Program-made: the position numbers and the translations under genes
Notes under the pieces: generated by a model
What the model was told of the DNA's origin: nothing
Databases searched by the model: none
The model's input: only the letters and a program-made list of their open reading frames with translations
In this document: in pieces, positions 37,529 to 46,395 of the stretch
Layout: each line of letters opens with the position of its first letter
Numbering within the stretch: the stretch's first letter is position 1
Origin: Myxococcota bacterium
GTDB taxonomy: Bacteria > Myxococcota_A > UBA9160 > UBA4427
NCBI GenBank assembly: GCA_046583195.1
Contig: JAYGCV010000021.1
Span: forward strand, 11,660-75,659
Length of the DNA stretch: 64,000 nt
Direction: 5' to 3'

Positions 37529-38435
37529 CGCTGTAGGACCCGTGGATCGCGCCGTGGCAGTCGGTGCAGCGTCGCAGGAAGGCCCGGGCCTCGTTCGCCT
37601 TCAGGAGTTCGCCGGCGGCGCTGGGGAAATCCTGCGTGATCTGGCTATTGCCGGTGATCCCCGTGGCCAAAAGATCGTGGTGAAACTGGTCGTTCAGGGG
37701 ATGACACCCCAGGCACACCACCGGCTGGATCGTCGCAAGCAGGTTGTCGGCCACCGCGCCGTGGGGCGCGTGACAGCTTCCGCAATTTTCGACCACCGGG
37801 GGATGTTCGTAGACCCAGGGACCGACGATGTCCTGGTGGCACTGGGCACAGACCTGGTTCGTCGTGGCATGGGCCACGCGCGAGTCCTCGTGGGGGTCGT
37901 GGCAGCTGGTGCAGGCCATGCCGCCCTCGCGCACCGGGTGGTGCGAGGGATAGTTGAACTCGGCCGACACGTCGCGGTGGCATTCGATACAGAGCCGTGA
38001 CGGAACGTCCATGTTCCTCGACCCGGGTTGAGAGAAGACCCGCAGGTGATCGCGATCGGTCGAGTGAGGGTTGTGACAGTCGGTGCAGTAGAGCCCCGCC
38101 CGCGAATGCTCGCCGGTGCCCCACGAAAGATGCGTATCGAAGCCCACCGCGTGGCAGCGAAGGCAATCCGTGTTTGCGGGGTGGCGGATCTCGAGGGGAT
38201 CCTCGCTGTCGGCGTGCAGGCTCCCGCCCCCGTGGCAACTCTCGCAGTCGGCGTGGTAGGCGGCGATCTTCTCGTGCCCGTGCACTTCGTCGTGGCACAC
38301 CAGGCACTCCTCCGCCCCGACCCTCATCGCCCCCGCGACCGGGGCGGAACGATGCGGACCCAGGGCGCTCCAGTCGAGCGAAACACAGGCAGCCCCCAGG
38401 AAGATCGCACCGAGGATGGCGACCAGGCGCTTCAA
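37509..38435 (-). CDS. periplasmic decahaem c-type cytochrome, MtrA/DmsE/PioA family-like
   Basis: 308 aa, TTG start at 38435, with signal peptide LKRLVAILGAIFLGAAC. Exactly ten CXXCH motifs: CLVCH, CESCH, CLRCH, CTDCH, CIECH, CTSCH, CAQCH, CGSCH, CLGCH, CTDCH. The C-terminal CTDCHGAIHGS resembles the MtrA-family end (C..CH..IHGS). Confidence 0.9.
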   Translation of the reverse strand: MKRLVAILGAIFLGAACVSLDWSALGPHRSAPVAGAMRVGAEECLVCHDEVHGHEKIAAYHADCESCHGGGSLHADSEDPLEIRHPANTDCLRCHAVGFDTHLSWGTGEHSRAGLYCTDCHNPHSTDRDHLRVFSQPGSRNMDVPSRLCIECHRDVSAEFNYPSHHPVREGGMACTSCHDPHEDSRVAHATTNQVCAQCHQDIVGPWVYEHPPVVENCGSCHAPHGAVADNLLATIQPVVCLGCHPLNDQFHHDLLATGITGNSQITQDFPSAAGELLKANEARAFLRRCTDCHGAIHGSYSDAKLRY

Positions 38436-39790
38436 GCCGGGAGTCGCTCGTCTGCGATCAACGCACCCGCGGCGCGCTCCCCCGAAACCACCAACGCATC
38501 GAGGTCCGGCCCCTGGAGGTAGTCCCCGGCGAAATAGAGCCGACGCCCCTCGCGTCGGAGTTCGGGCTGGATCTTCTGGAAACGCGCCAGGCGCCGGTAG
38601 CTGCCAACGTCAAAACACGGAACCGCGAGTTCGGAGCGCAACCAACGACGAAAGCGAACGGTCCCCGTAGCTCCCGGGTCGATCTGCTCGTAGGCCGCCT
38701 CGATTTCCTTCGCGACCACGTCGTCGGCCACGCCAGCTCGCGCGCTTACGAAATCCTCCCGGGCCTGCAGCATCAGCATTCCGCGCCCGTTGGGCACCCG
38801 GCCACCCGCGAACCCCGGCTCCGAGAGAACCGCCTGGATCGGACTGGACTCGCTCTTGGGAATGCGGAGAAACTCGGGGATTCCGGTGCGCGCGCGATCG
38901 AGGCCGAGCACCAGCAGCGCCTCGGGCGCGTAGCGAACCGGGAGCAACGCATCGCGCTCGGTGAGCGACAGGCAGGAGCCGGCCACCTTGCAGACGGCGG
39001 GGGCCGGAATCGCCAGCACGACCGCGCGGGCTTCGAGGGTTTGGGCGCCCGAGGTTGCGACTTCGCACGCTACGCGGTAGCCGCCATCCTCGAGGGCGAC
39101 GATTTCCCGGGCGGCGAAGCCGTAGCGCATCGACAGCCTCTCGGCGGCGGCCCGCGCCAGAGCTTCCCAACCCGCGCGCGGCAATGCGATTTCGCCGCGA
39201 CTCTCACGCAGCCACTGCAACAGGAAAGCCACGCGGCTCGTGTCTTCCGGGCTGCCACCGCTGGCAGTCGCCAGGGTCGGCGCGACCCATCGATCGAGAA
39301 CATTGCTGCCGAAGTAGAGCCGCGCGAAATCCGCAACGCTGCGGTAGTCCAGAGCCGCCGCCCGTTCGGGAAACTCGAGGTCGAGCTTCGCCTGGTAGCG
39401 CTGCAACAGACGCGGGAGTCGCAGCAGCCGAAAGCCATCGCGCAGGCCCAGTCCGGGAGTCGACGCCAACCCGCGCAGCGAATCGATTTTTACAGCCCGT
39501 GGGCGCCCGCGGTGGAGATGCGCCATCGATACGAAGCACAGCGGCAGCAGCCCCTCTTGCACACCGACCGCTGCCATGAAGTTTCGCAAGCGCGAAGCTC
39601 CGCTCGACACCAGCGGCAGGCGGCTCTCGACGGAGAATCCCTCAATGCGCTCGCCACAGGCCCGGCCTCCCGGCTTCGAGGCCTGCTCGAGAACCACTAC
39701 CGGAAGCCCCGCGGCGCGCAGCTGCCAGGCGGCGGAGAGTCCGGCGAAACCACCGCCCACGACGAGAATGGGTCTCGCTTCGGCGTTCAT
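38432..39790 (-). CDS. FAD-dependent oxidoreductase (protoporphyrinogen oxidase / amine oxidase / phytoene desaturase superfamily)
   Basis: 452 aa. The N-terminal ILVVGGGFAGLSAAWQLRAAGLPVVVLEQASKPGGR is a GxGxxG dinucleotide fold plus the E...GGR motif. The C-terminal YFAGDYLQGPDLDALVVSGERAA is the typical flavin amine-oxidase-fold closing motif. Its TGA (38432-38434) overlaps the TTG of the decahaem gene (38433-38435). Confidence 0.7.
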   Translation of the reverse strand: MNAEARPILVVGGGFAGLSAAWQLRAAGLPVVVLEQASKPGGRACGERIEGFSVESRLPLVSSGASRLRNFMAAVGVQEGLLPLCFVSMAHLHRGRPRAVKIDSLRGLASTPGLGLRDGFRLLRLPRLLQRYQAKLDLEFPERAAALDYRSVADFARLYFGSNVLDRWVAPTLATASGGSPEDTSRVAFLLQWLRESRGEIALPRAGWEALARAAAERLSMRYGFAAREIVALEDGGYRVACEVATSGAQTLEARAVVLAIPAPAVCKVAGSCLSLTERDALLPVRYAPEALLVLGLDRARTGIPEFLRIPKSESSPIQAVLSEPGFAGGRVPNGRGMLMLQAREDFVSARAGVADDVVAKEIEAAYEQIDPGATGTVRFRRWLRSELAVPCFDVGSYRRLARFQKIQPELRREGRRLYFAGDYLQGPDLDALVVSGERAAGALIADERLPA

Positions 39791-39799
39791 GCGCGCAGA

Positions 39800-42361
39800 T
39801 TAGCGGCTTTCAAGACCCGGCGACCCGGCGCCGAAGCCGAGACCTTCGAGCGCCTGCACGACATCGTCGAGTGTCTCGAAGGGCCAAAAGGCCTCGCCGC
39901 GGGCCGAAAGCGCCGAGGCCAGCGTGTCCTTCGCAAAGGCGAGATCGGCGGCGATCGCCCCGCACAGGTCCGAAACCTGGCCGTTTCCGATGTGGACCAG
40001 AACCACGTCGGGATGTTCTCGCCGGTAGCCCTCGATCCGCGCGCGCTTGCACACGCCGGTGCCGCAGGTGCAGGCGGGATCGGGAGCGCCGGGGGCGATC
40101 GACCAGCGTCCTGCCTCGTAGACCAGCCGGTTGGCGAGGTATGGGAAATCGAAACCAAAGAGCTTCTGCAGTCGGTCAAGGTTGTAATCAAAGCCATCCG
40201 AGAGAATCTCGAAATCAATCGCGTGGACGCGACTCCAGTCGAAGAGCCTGCGCGCTCCGGGATCCGGATCGATGCTCCCGAGGAAGGCGTCGAGGTCTTC
40301 CTCGGGCAATTCGAGCCCGTGAAGCAGCAGCATGTTGGACTCCCAGGCAGTGATCTCGCGTCGCCGAAAACGCTCCTGGACCGCCGGCCGCTCCTTCGCG
40401 CGATGGAGCATCACAAGAGTACTGCCAACATCCTGAACGGAAAAAGTCCCGTCGAAATCGCAGAAGACCGCGAGTTTTCGCCGCGGCGGAGTGTCGTCGA
40501 TTCGACTGGCATGGGCCGGAAGGGGAGCGCTTCCCGCCGAACCTTCGACGCCACTGCCCGGGTTGAAGGCGACCTCGACGCGCCGGGCACCCACCCCCGC
40601 CTGAACTCGACCCGGCGTGTCGGCTTCTAGCAGGTCCGGAACGCGCACCCCGCCCATGGCATCGACCCGGCGCGCAATCTCGATGCATTCGGCGACGGTT
40701 CCCACTTCGACCTCCTGAAGTCCCGGAACGTCATCCGAGAACACCACCATCCCGCCGGTCCCGGCAATCACGTTTGCCAGCGAAGTGGATTCGGCGGCGC
40801 TGAGTTGCGTGGCCCGGCTTCGCGTCATCAGGCAATCCGGGTCGTTGATCCAGAGCCGCCGCTGCATCCAGGCCCGAAGTAGGGTGCTGCGCAGGGCGTT
40901 CGCCGTCGAGGGCATGGCGGCTTCTATGCCCGGAACGATCGGTGGCTGCGGATCCCAGGCGGGAGCGACATCCGGACCGATCCGCATCGCGTCGACGATC
41001 CCCACCGCGGGCCCCAGCGGCGAACCGCAGCCCAGCAGGAAGGCGTCTTCACCGGCGCCCCGGCGAATCGCCAGGAGACCCTCCCGCAGGCGCGCGGCGC
41101 GGTTCATCCCGCGGTCCATTGCTCTGGAACGCGCCGCCACGCAGTGCAGGAAATCGAGCTTCAGGTACTCGAAACCCATCGCGGTGAGTTCCCGAAAGAT
41201 CTCTTCGATGTGCAGGCGCACGTCTTCCCGGCTGGGATCGAGAGCGTGCACGGCACCGGTTGCCGTCCACTCGCGCACGAAGGTCCCCACCCAGGGTTCA
41301 GCATCTGCTTCCGGTCCTTCCTCCGGGTTTCGCAACAACCACTCGGGATGCGCCGCGTGGACGCGACTCTCCGGGACCACGCAGAAGGGCGCCGTCCAGA
41401 TCCCTGGGCGGAACCCCGCGTTGCCAATGCGTCGCGCGATCGCCGGAAGACCACTCGGAAATTTATCATTCGTCTCGAGCCAGTCTCCAACGGCCCGCTG
41501 GTAACCATCGTCGAGTTGGACCACTTCGATAGGAAGCGCGTCCCGCCGATGGGCCAGCGCGTCGAGATTGCGAAGCAGCTGATCCTCGGTGACGCCGTGG
41601 AAGAAGTGGTACCAGGAACACCAACCGGCCTGGAAGGCACCCGACGCCCGGGCGTCCGCGCTGCGCCCCCAGAGCGTTCCGAAATTCTCGAGCAGCCCGG
41701 AAGCATCGGGGCCAAGAGCAATGCAGAGCGGCTCGAGAACTACGTTTTCGCCGGGTTCGAGAACAGTTTCGACTTTCCATTCCAATTCGAATTCGACCGC
41801 ATCGCCTGCCCGACGCAGGTAGACGACGCAAAATTGGCGAACGCTCTCCTGCGCACCCACCAGGCAAGCCGCACCGCGCCGGCGCGTGCCCGCGACCCCG
41901 ACCGTCGCCGATTCGAACCAGCCGGCACGATCACCGGGCACCTCGGCCTCGACGTGGTGGAGGCCGCGTAACCACGGGCTCCCGGGAAAGGCAGGGTCGG
42001 CGCTCGCATCGAGGTTTCGGGCGCCGGTGAAAGACCAGGATTGCCAGCCGTGTTTCAAGTAGCGAAGCGCGCCGGCGTTCGCGGGAGGCGTCCAAAGCAG
42101 GGAAAGCACAACGCTCTCGACGGACACCGGCGCCGCGCTGGGGTTGGCCACCTGCGCCTCGAACTGAAGCGACTCGAGACGATTCGCGATGGCGAGTTCG
42201 ACGCGCAGGGGTCCGAGGCGCTGTTCACCCGAAGACGAGAATTCGGGACCGAAGTCGAGCGCTTCGGCAGAAGCGGTTGCCTTCGTGCGGCGCAGCCCCA
42301 GGCGCAAGCTCGCGACCCGGCCCGCCTGGGGATGCGAGAGGATGGCGCGGGAACCCGACAT
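39800..42361 (-). CDS. GH36-like alpha-galactosidase domain fused to C-terminal HAD-IB (MtnX-like) phosphatase domain
   Basis: Frame of ORF 39800..43405. The N-terminal 348 codons are junk antisense to mmuM, and ATG 42361 gives 853 aa. The GH-D clan core has GWCSWYHFF, VVQLDDGYQ, GIWTAPF, YLKLDF (nucleophile Asp context), GCGSPL and INDPDC (acid/base context). The C-terminal ~215 aa have LAVFCDFDGTFSVQD (DxDGT), and ACTCGTGVCK and IGNGQVSD as in MtnX-type HAD phosphatases. Confidence 0.65.
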   Translation of the reverse strand: MSGSRAILSHPQAGRVASLRLGLRRTKATASAEALDFGPEFSSSGEQRLGPLRVELAIANRLESLQFEAQVANPSAAPVSVESVVLSLLWTPPANAGALRYLKHGWQSWSFTGARNLDASADPAFPGSPWLRGLHHVEAEVPGDRAGWFESATVGVAGTRRRGAACLVGAQESVRQFCVVYLRRAGDAVEFELEWKVETVLEPGENVVLEPLCIALGPDASGLLENFGTLWGRSADARASGAFQAGWCSWYHFFHGVTEDQLLRNLDALAHRRDALPIEVVQLDDGYQRAVGDWLETNDKFPSGLPAIARRIGNAGFRPGIWTAPFCVVPESRVHAAHPEWLLRNPEEGPEADAEPWVGTFVREWTATGAVHALDPSREDVRLHIEEIFRELTAMGFEYLKLDFLHCVAARSRAMDRGMNRAARLREGLLAIRRGAGEDAFLLGCGSPLGPAVGIVDAMRIGPDVAPAWDPQPPIVPGIEAAMPSTANALRSTLLRAWMQRRLWINDPDCLMTRSRATQLSAAESTSLANVIAGTGGMVVFSDDVPGLQEVEVGTVAECIEIARRVDAMGGVRVPDLLEADTPGRVQAGVGARRVEVAFNPGSGVEGSAGSAPLPAHASRIDDTPPRRKLAVFCDFDGTFSVQDVGSTLVMLHRAKERPAVQERFRRREITAWESNMLLLHGLELPEEDLDAFLGSIDPDPGARRLFDWSRVHAIDFEILSDGFDYNLDRLQKLFGFDFPYLANRLVYEAGRWSIAPGAPDPACTCGTGVCKRARIEGYRREHPDVVLVHIGNGQVSDLCGAIAADLAFAKDTLASALSARGEAFWPFETLDDVVQALEGLGFGAGSPGLESR

Positions 42362-42385
42362 CGAAGCTAGGTTTACCCCAGTCCA

Positions 42386-43321
42386 ATGGCCGAACGCGAC
42401 CCCCTGGCAACAAACTCCGACGCCGCCTGCGGCTTTCGCACTCGACTTTCCGAGGCGCGCCCCGTGATCCTCGACGGGGCCCTCGGAACCCTTCTCGAAA
42501 GCCGCGGCATCGCCTGTACGCTGCCCCTGTGGTCGGCGCACGCGCTGCTCGAAGCGCCCGATGTCATCGAAGCCATCCACCGCGAGTACCAGGCTGCCGG
42601 CTGCGAAATTCTCACCGCGAATACCTTCCGCACCCAGCGACGCGCGCTCTCGCGTGGCGGCATCGGGGATCGTGCCTTCGAGCTCACTGCCCTTGCCGTC
42701 GAACTCGCAAAGCGCGCCAGCGCCCACGCTCCCCGGCGCTGTTGGGTGGCGGGCTCGGCGCCCCCCCTCGAGGATTGCTATCGGCCGGACCGTGTTCCCG
42801 GCGACTCCGAGCTCGCGGCAGAACACGACGATCACGCACGAAACCTCGCTCGGGCGGGTGTCGACCTGATCTTGGCCGAGACCCAGATCAAAGTCCGCGA
42901 AGCGCGGGCCGCGGCCGCCGCCGCCCACAGAACCGGTCTTCCCTTCGGCGTGAGCTTTGTCTGCGGCGCCGATTCGAGACTGCTCTCGGGGGAAAGCCTC
43001 GAGGAGGCACTCGCGGCGATCTCGGAGTACGAGCCCTCTTTCGTCGCGGTCAACTGCCTGCCACCGCGCGATGCCAGCGCGAGCCTGGAGGCGCTGCTTG
43101 CTGCTTGCGACCGCCTGGCTCTCGATTGGCCCCTCGGTGTCTATCCGAACCTGGGAAACCCCGGCCCCGGCGGCTTTCGCCACGCCAGCTCGCCCACCGA
43201 GCTCGCGGAAGCCAGCAGCCAGTGGGTCCGGCGCGGCGCGCGCATCGTGGGCGGCTGCTGCGGCACCAACCCCGAGTTCACGCGCGCGCTGGTCGCGCGG
43301 ATTCGCGAAGACTTCGCCTGA
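42386..43321 (+). CDS. mmuM: homocysteine S-methyltransferase
   Basis: 311 aa. Motifs: VILDGALGTLLESRG, ILTANTF, VNC and the C-terminal IVGGCCGTNPEF zinc-site motif of the Pfam S-methyl_trans family. Confidence 0.85.
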   Translation: MAERDPLATNSDAACGFRTRLSEARPVILDGALGTLLESRGIACTLPLWSAHALLEAPDVIEAIHREYQAAGCEILTANTFRTQRRALSRGGIGDRAFELTALAVELAKRASAHAPRRCWVAGSAPPLEDCYRPDRVPGDSELAAEHDDHARNLARAGVDLILAETQIKVREARAAAAAAHRTGLPFGVSFVCGADSRLLSGESLEEALAAISEYEPSFVAVNCLPPRDASASLEALLAACDRLALDWPLGVYPNLGNPGPGGFRHASSPTELAEASSQWVRRGARIVGGCCGTNPEFTRALVARIREDFA

Positions 43322-43542
43322 AGGCCCCCCCCGGCGTGGGCATGCCGACACCCCGACGGAATGACGACACCGGCAAGTCTCGTCGGCGCGGCCTTTGCCA
43401 TGCAACTTCCGCTGGCCGTCGCACGGTTGCCCGAAGGCTGCACCGCGACTGCGAGCGAATCATCGATCGCAGCTCAGCACGGAGATGGCACGAAGCTTGC
43501 TCCAAGCAGGGACGGCGGGGAGTCACGGCTTCCCGCGCCGAG

Positions 43543-43599
43543 ACGTCCGAGTCGGCATACCCTCCCTCCGCACGTCGTGCGAGGAGTCGACTCGGGCGT
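43543..43599. terminator. long imperfect hairpin between convergent mmuM and MFS genes (possible bidirectional terminator)
   Basis: The outer stem acgtCCGAGTCG (43543-43554) pairs with CGACTCGGgcgt (43588-43599): 12 bp with one G-U. The inner arms CGCACG/CGTGCG are partly complementary. There is only a weak T-run downstream (ctcagtttg). Confidence 0.35.
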
Positions 43600-43601
43600 T
43601 C

Positions 43602-44954
43602 TCAGTTTGCGACGTCTCTCGCGCGGTTTCGCGGTTCGTCGACAAAGAAGAGAACCACCAGGACGGCGGCGGCCTGGAAGCCGATCGCGGTCCAGAAGAC
43701 CGTTGCGTAGGATCCGACGGCAACGAGTACACCGCCCAGCAGAGGACCGATGGCGCCGGTGAATTCCGCCGCCGAGTTCGCCACCGCGATCCGCATCGGG
43801 AGTTCCTCGCGCTCCCCGAACTCGAGCACCATGTTCTGCGAGGCGAGCACGAAGCCACCCAGACCAACTCCGATTCCGGCGAAAGCCAGGCTCGTGCCGA
43901 TGAGTCCCTCGGCGGGCATCAACGCGATCCCGGCGACCATCCAGACAACGAGTGCCGCGAGAAACACCAGACGAAACCCGCTGCGGTCCGCGATCCAACC
44001 CCAGACCGCGTTCGACACCGTCTGCGCCAATAGGAAGGCCAGCGAGATCACGCCCAGCGAGGTTCCCTCGTCGACACCGGTGTGTGCACTCGCGTAGAGA
44101 AAGTAGAAGGGCAGGGCCATCCGACCCATCGTCGCCAGCGAACGCGCCGAAAAATACAGGGTGAAGGCGCGGTCCGAGCGCAGCAGGCCCGGAAGATCGC
44201 GCAGTCGATCGCGCACCCTCTTGCGTTCGCGCACGCGCTCGGGTCGGGGCTCGCGCACGAAGAGCAGCATCAGCAGGCCGACACTGGTGAGCACGAAGGC
44301 CACCCCGAAGGTCGCCCCGAAACCGTTCCCGAAAACCTCTCGCAGCGCGCTGCCCACGACGGTTTCCGAGACCTCGTCGCCAACGAGGTAGCGACCGCCG
44401 CAATAGGCCGCGGCCGCTGCCGTGAGCCCGGAGAGGGCATTGCGGATGCCGAGCAGTACCCCGCGGCGCTCCACCGGAATCACCTTCGCGAAGACCGTGC
44501 TGAAGATCACTCCCTGCATGCCCAGGAAGAAACCGAAGAGCCCAAGGAATCCGATGACCGCCGCCAACACCAGCGGCTCCGGGAACACCACCGCCGCCAA
44601 CGCGAGCCCCAGGATCTGGAGGCGCAAAGCAGCGCCCACCCAGAACGCCAGTGGCAATACCCGGAGTCGATGTTCGACCCAGGTCGCGGAGAGGATCGGA
44701 GAGAGGAACATGCCCAGGTATTGCACCGATCGCGCCAAGCCCACGACGATGTCGGACCCCGAGAGCGCGTAGAGATAGGCCGGGATGAAGGTCGGCGTGT
44801 TGACGAGGCGCATGCCCGTCTGGCCCAGAAGCCCGTGGCAGAGGTAGGCGACGTAGTTGCGTCGCAGGTGGATCAGCGCCTCCTCGCGAGTGTCCTCATC
44901 GGAGGGAGTCGTTCCCCCGCTCGCGGTTCTCCCGCTCACGGTTCCCTTGCTCAC
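43602..44954 (-). CDS. MFS transporter
   Basis: Frame of ORF 43602..45332. GTG 44954 overlaps the folC TGA (GTGA, 44951-44954). About 12 TM segments with a central basic loop (REPRPERVRERKRVRDRLRDL). No substrate assignment is possible. Confidence 0.8.
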   Translation of the reverse strand: MSKGTVSGRTASGGTTPSDEDTREEALIHLRRNYVAYLCHGLLGQTGMRLVNTPTFIPAYLYALSGSDIVVGLARSVQYLGMFLSPILSATWVEHRLRVLPLAFWVGAALRLQILGLALAAVVFPEPLVLAAVIGFLGLFGFFLGMQGVIFSTVFAKVIPVERRGVLLGIRNALSGLTAAAAAYCGGRYLVGDEVSETVVGSALREVFGNGFGATFGVAFVLTSVGLLMLLFVREPRPERVRERKRVRDRLRDLPGLLRSDRAFTLYFSARSLATMGRMALPFYFLYASAHTGVDEGTSLGVISLAFLLAQTVSNAVWGWIADRSGFRLVFLAALVVWMVAGIALMPAEGLIGTSLAFAGIGVGLGGFVLASQNMVLEFGEREELPMRIAVANSAAEFTGAIGPLLGGVLVAVGSYATVFWTAIGFQAAAVLVVLFFVDEPRNRARDVAN

Positions 44955-46318
44955 GAAAGGGGCTCTGCAAAGACACTCCGTGCCCGACCCGCGAGGTACA
45001 CCGATCCGCTCACGCACAGAAGGCCCGAAGGCGGCGTCGACGCCCGCGCCAGGCGAAGCGCCCGGGCGGGGTCCTCTTCGACGTGAGTCGCCGCAAAGCC
45101 GCGGTCGTGCAGTCGTTTCGCGAGATCGCCAGGAGCGTGCGAGCGATGCGGCTCGGCGCGCGTCAAGGTGATGCGGTCGAAACACGGAAGCAGGGCCTCG
45201 AAGATGGCGTCGAGGTCCTTTCCCACCGAGATCGAGAGAACCGCGTGCCGGGGCGAGGCTTCGATGCTCCGAAGCAGGCGGGCAAGAGCGCGCGCGGAAG
45301 CGCCGGTGTGGGCTTCGTCCACCAACAGCCACGGTGAAGTGCCCAACATTTCCATGCGTCCAGGCAAGGCGACGCGCGGGAGGGCCTCCCGCACCGCGCG
45401 GGCGACTTCGTCGTCGTTGGCCGCCCCGAGCCTGCGCACGGCTGCGATTGCCAGGGCGGCGTTCCCAGCCTGCTGATCGCCGAGTACGCCGAGCGAGGCG
45501 GCCACCTCGAAACCGTCGGCAGCACGAAACTGAATCGCCCGAGGCCCCTGTACCGAAGATTCCGGCGCAACCGGTTCCGATGTCACCTCGAAATCTTCAC
45601 CCAGCACCTCGAGTGGTGCGCCCAACTCGCGCGCGCGATGGCGCACGACTTCGAGCGCCTCGGGCGGCAACGCCCCGACGACCGCCGGGACAGAGGGCTT
45701 CAGGATCCCGGCCTTCTCGGCGGCGATCGACTCGAGGTCGTCGCCCAGCAACTCGGTGTGTTCGAGTTCGATACTGGTGATGCAGCAGACTTTCGGCAGG
45801 ACGGCGTTCGTCGAATCGAGCCTGCCACCGAGACCCACCTCGAGAATCGCCCAATCGACCGCAAAGCGATCGAATAGCAGGAGCGCCGCGGCGGTCGTAG
45901 CGTCGAAGAAACTCGGGGCCGCTCCCGCTCCGGCGCGCAGGGCGTCGACGTGGGGGCGCAACGCTTCGACTGCTTCCGCGAGAACGAGACCGTCCACCGG
46001 CTGGCCGTCGATCCGGAAGCGCTCAACCCAGCTCTCGAGGTGCGGCGAGGTAAAGGTGCCCACCCGGGCTCCGAGGGCTGCCAACAGCCCTTCGGCAAAG
46101 AGCGCCGTCGATCCCTTTCCTTTTGAGCCCGCGACGTGGAGGATCCGGAGCGCCCTTTCGGGATGGCCACAACGCCGGAGCAGTTCGCGGATCGCAGCGA
46201 GGTCGAGGCGAGCCGAGCGCTGATCGCGCAGAGCTTCGACGTCGATCAGGCCCTCGAGGTAGCCCTCGGCCTCGGCGAGGGTTCTCACCCCGTGCTTCGC
46301 GGGACCGCTGCCGTGCAT
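44951..46318 (-). CDS. folC: bifunctional folylpolyglutamate synthase / dihydrofolate synthase
   Basis: Frame of ORF 44951..46492 with ATG 46318. Mur-ligase-family motifs: HVAGSKGKGST (P-loop), TSPHL, ILEVGLGGRLDSTN, IAAEKAGI, DEAHTGAS. Confidence 0.9.
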   Translation of the reverse strand: MHGSGPAKHGVRTLAEAEGYLEGLIDVEALRDQRSARLDLAAIRELLRRCGHPERALRILHVAGSKGKGSTALFAEGLLAALGARVGTFTSPHLESWVERFRIDGQPVDGLVLAEAVEALRPHVDALRAGAGAAPSFFDATTAAALLLFDRFAVDWAILEVGLGGRLDSTNAVLPKVCCITSIELEHTELLGDDLESIAAEKAGILKPSVPAVVGALPPEALEVVRHRARELGAPLEVLGEDFEVTSEPVAPESSVQGPRAIQFRAADGFEVAASLGVLGDQQAGNAALAIAAVRRLGAANDDEVARAVREALPRVALPGRMEMLGTSPWLLVDEAHTGASARALARLLRSIEASPRHAVLSISVGKDLDAIFEALLPCFDRITLTRAEPHRSHAPGDLAKRLHDRGFAATHVEEDPARALRLARASTPPSGLLCVSGSVYLAGRARSVFAEPLS

Positions 46319-46395
46319 CCGCTGGCCTTCTCCCAAAAAAGAAGAGGCGACCCGGAGGCCGCCTACTTCGAAACTACACGCCGGGCCGCCAAAGA

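Noticed and set aside
34613-37639. 1008-aa plus-strand ORF spanning the cytochrome/barrel region
   Set aside because: It is out of frame with the tetrahaem gene and antisense to the beta-barrel gene. Its composition is Arg/Glu/Gly/Pro-rich and low-complexity. The competing frames contain CXXCH motifs and beta-barrel texture.
37997-40630. 877-aa plus-strand ORF
   Set aside because: It is antisense to the decahaem cytochrome, the FAD oxidoreductase and the HAD domain, all of which have diagnostic motifs. The translation is Arg/Gly/Pro-rich junk.
42362-43405. N-terminal 348 codons of track ORF 39800..43405, and similar 5' extensions (1239-2000, 3988-4326, 9444-9917, 10843-11160, 12481-12672, 16208-17248, 22999-23133, 45333.., 50036-50314, 58934-59896)
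   Set aside because: In each case the extension is compositionally junk and overlaps a well-supported neighbouring gene. An internal start is followed by a signal peptide, TM1 or a conserved N-terminal motif.
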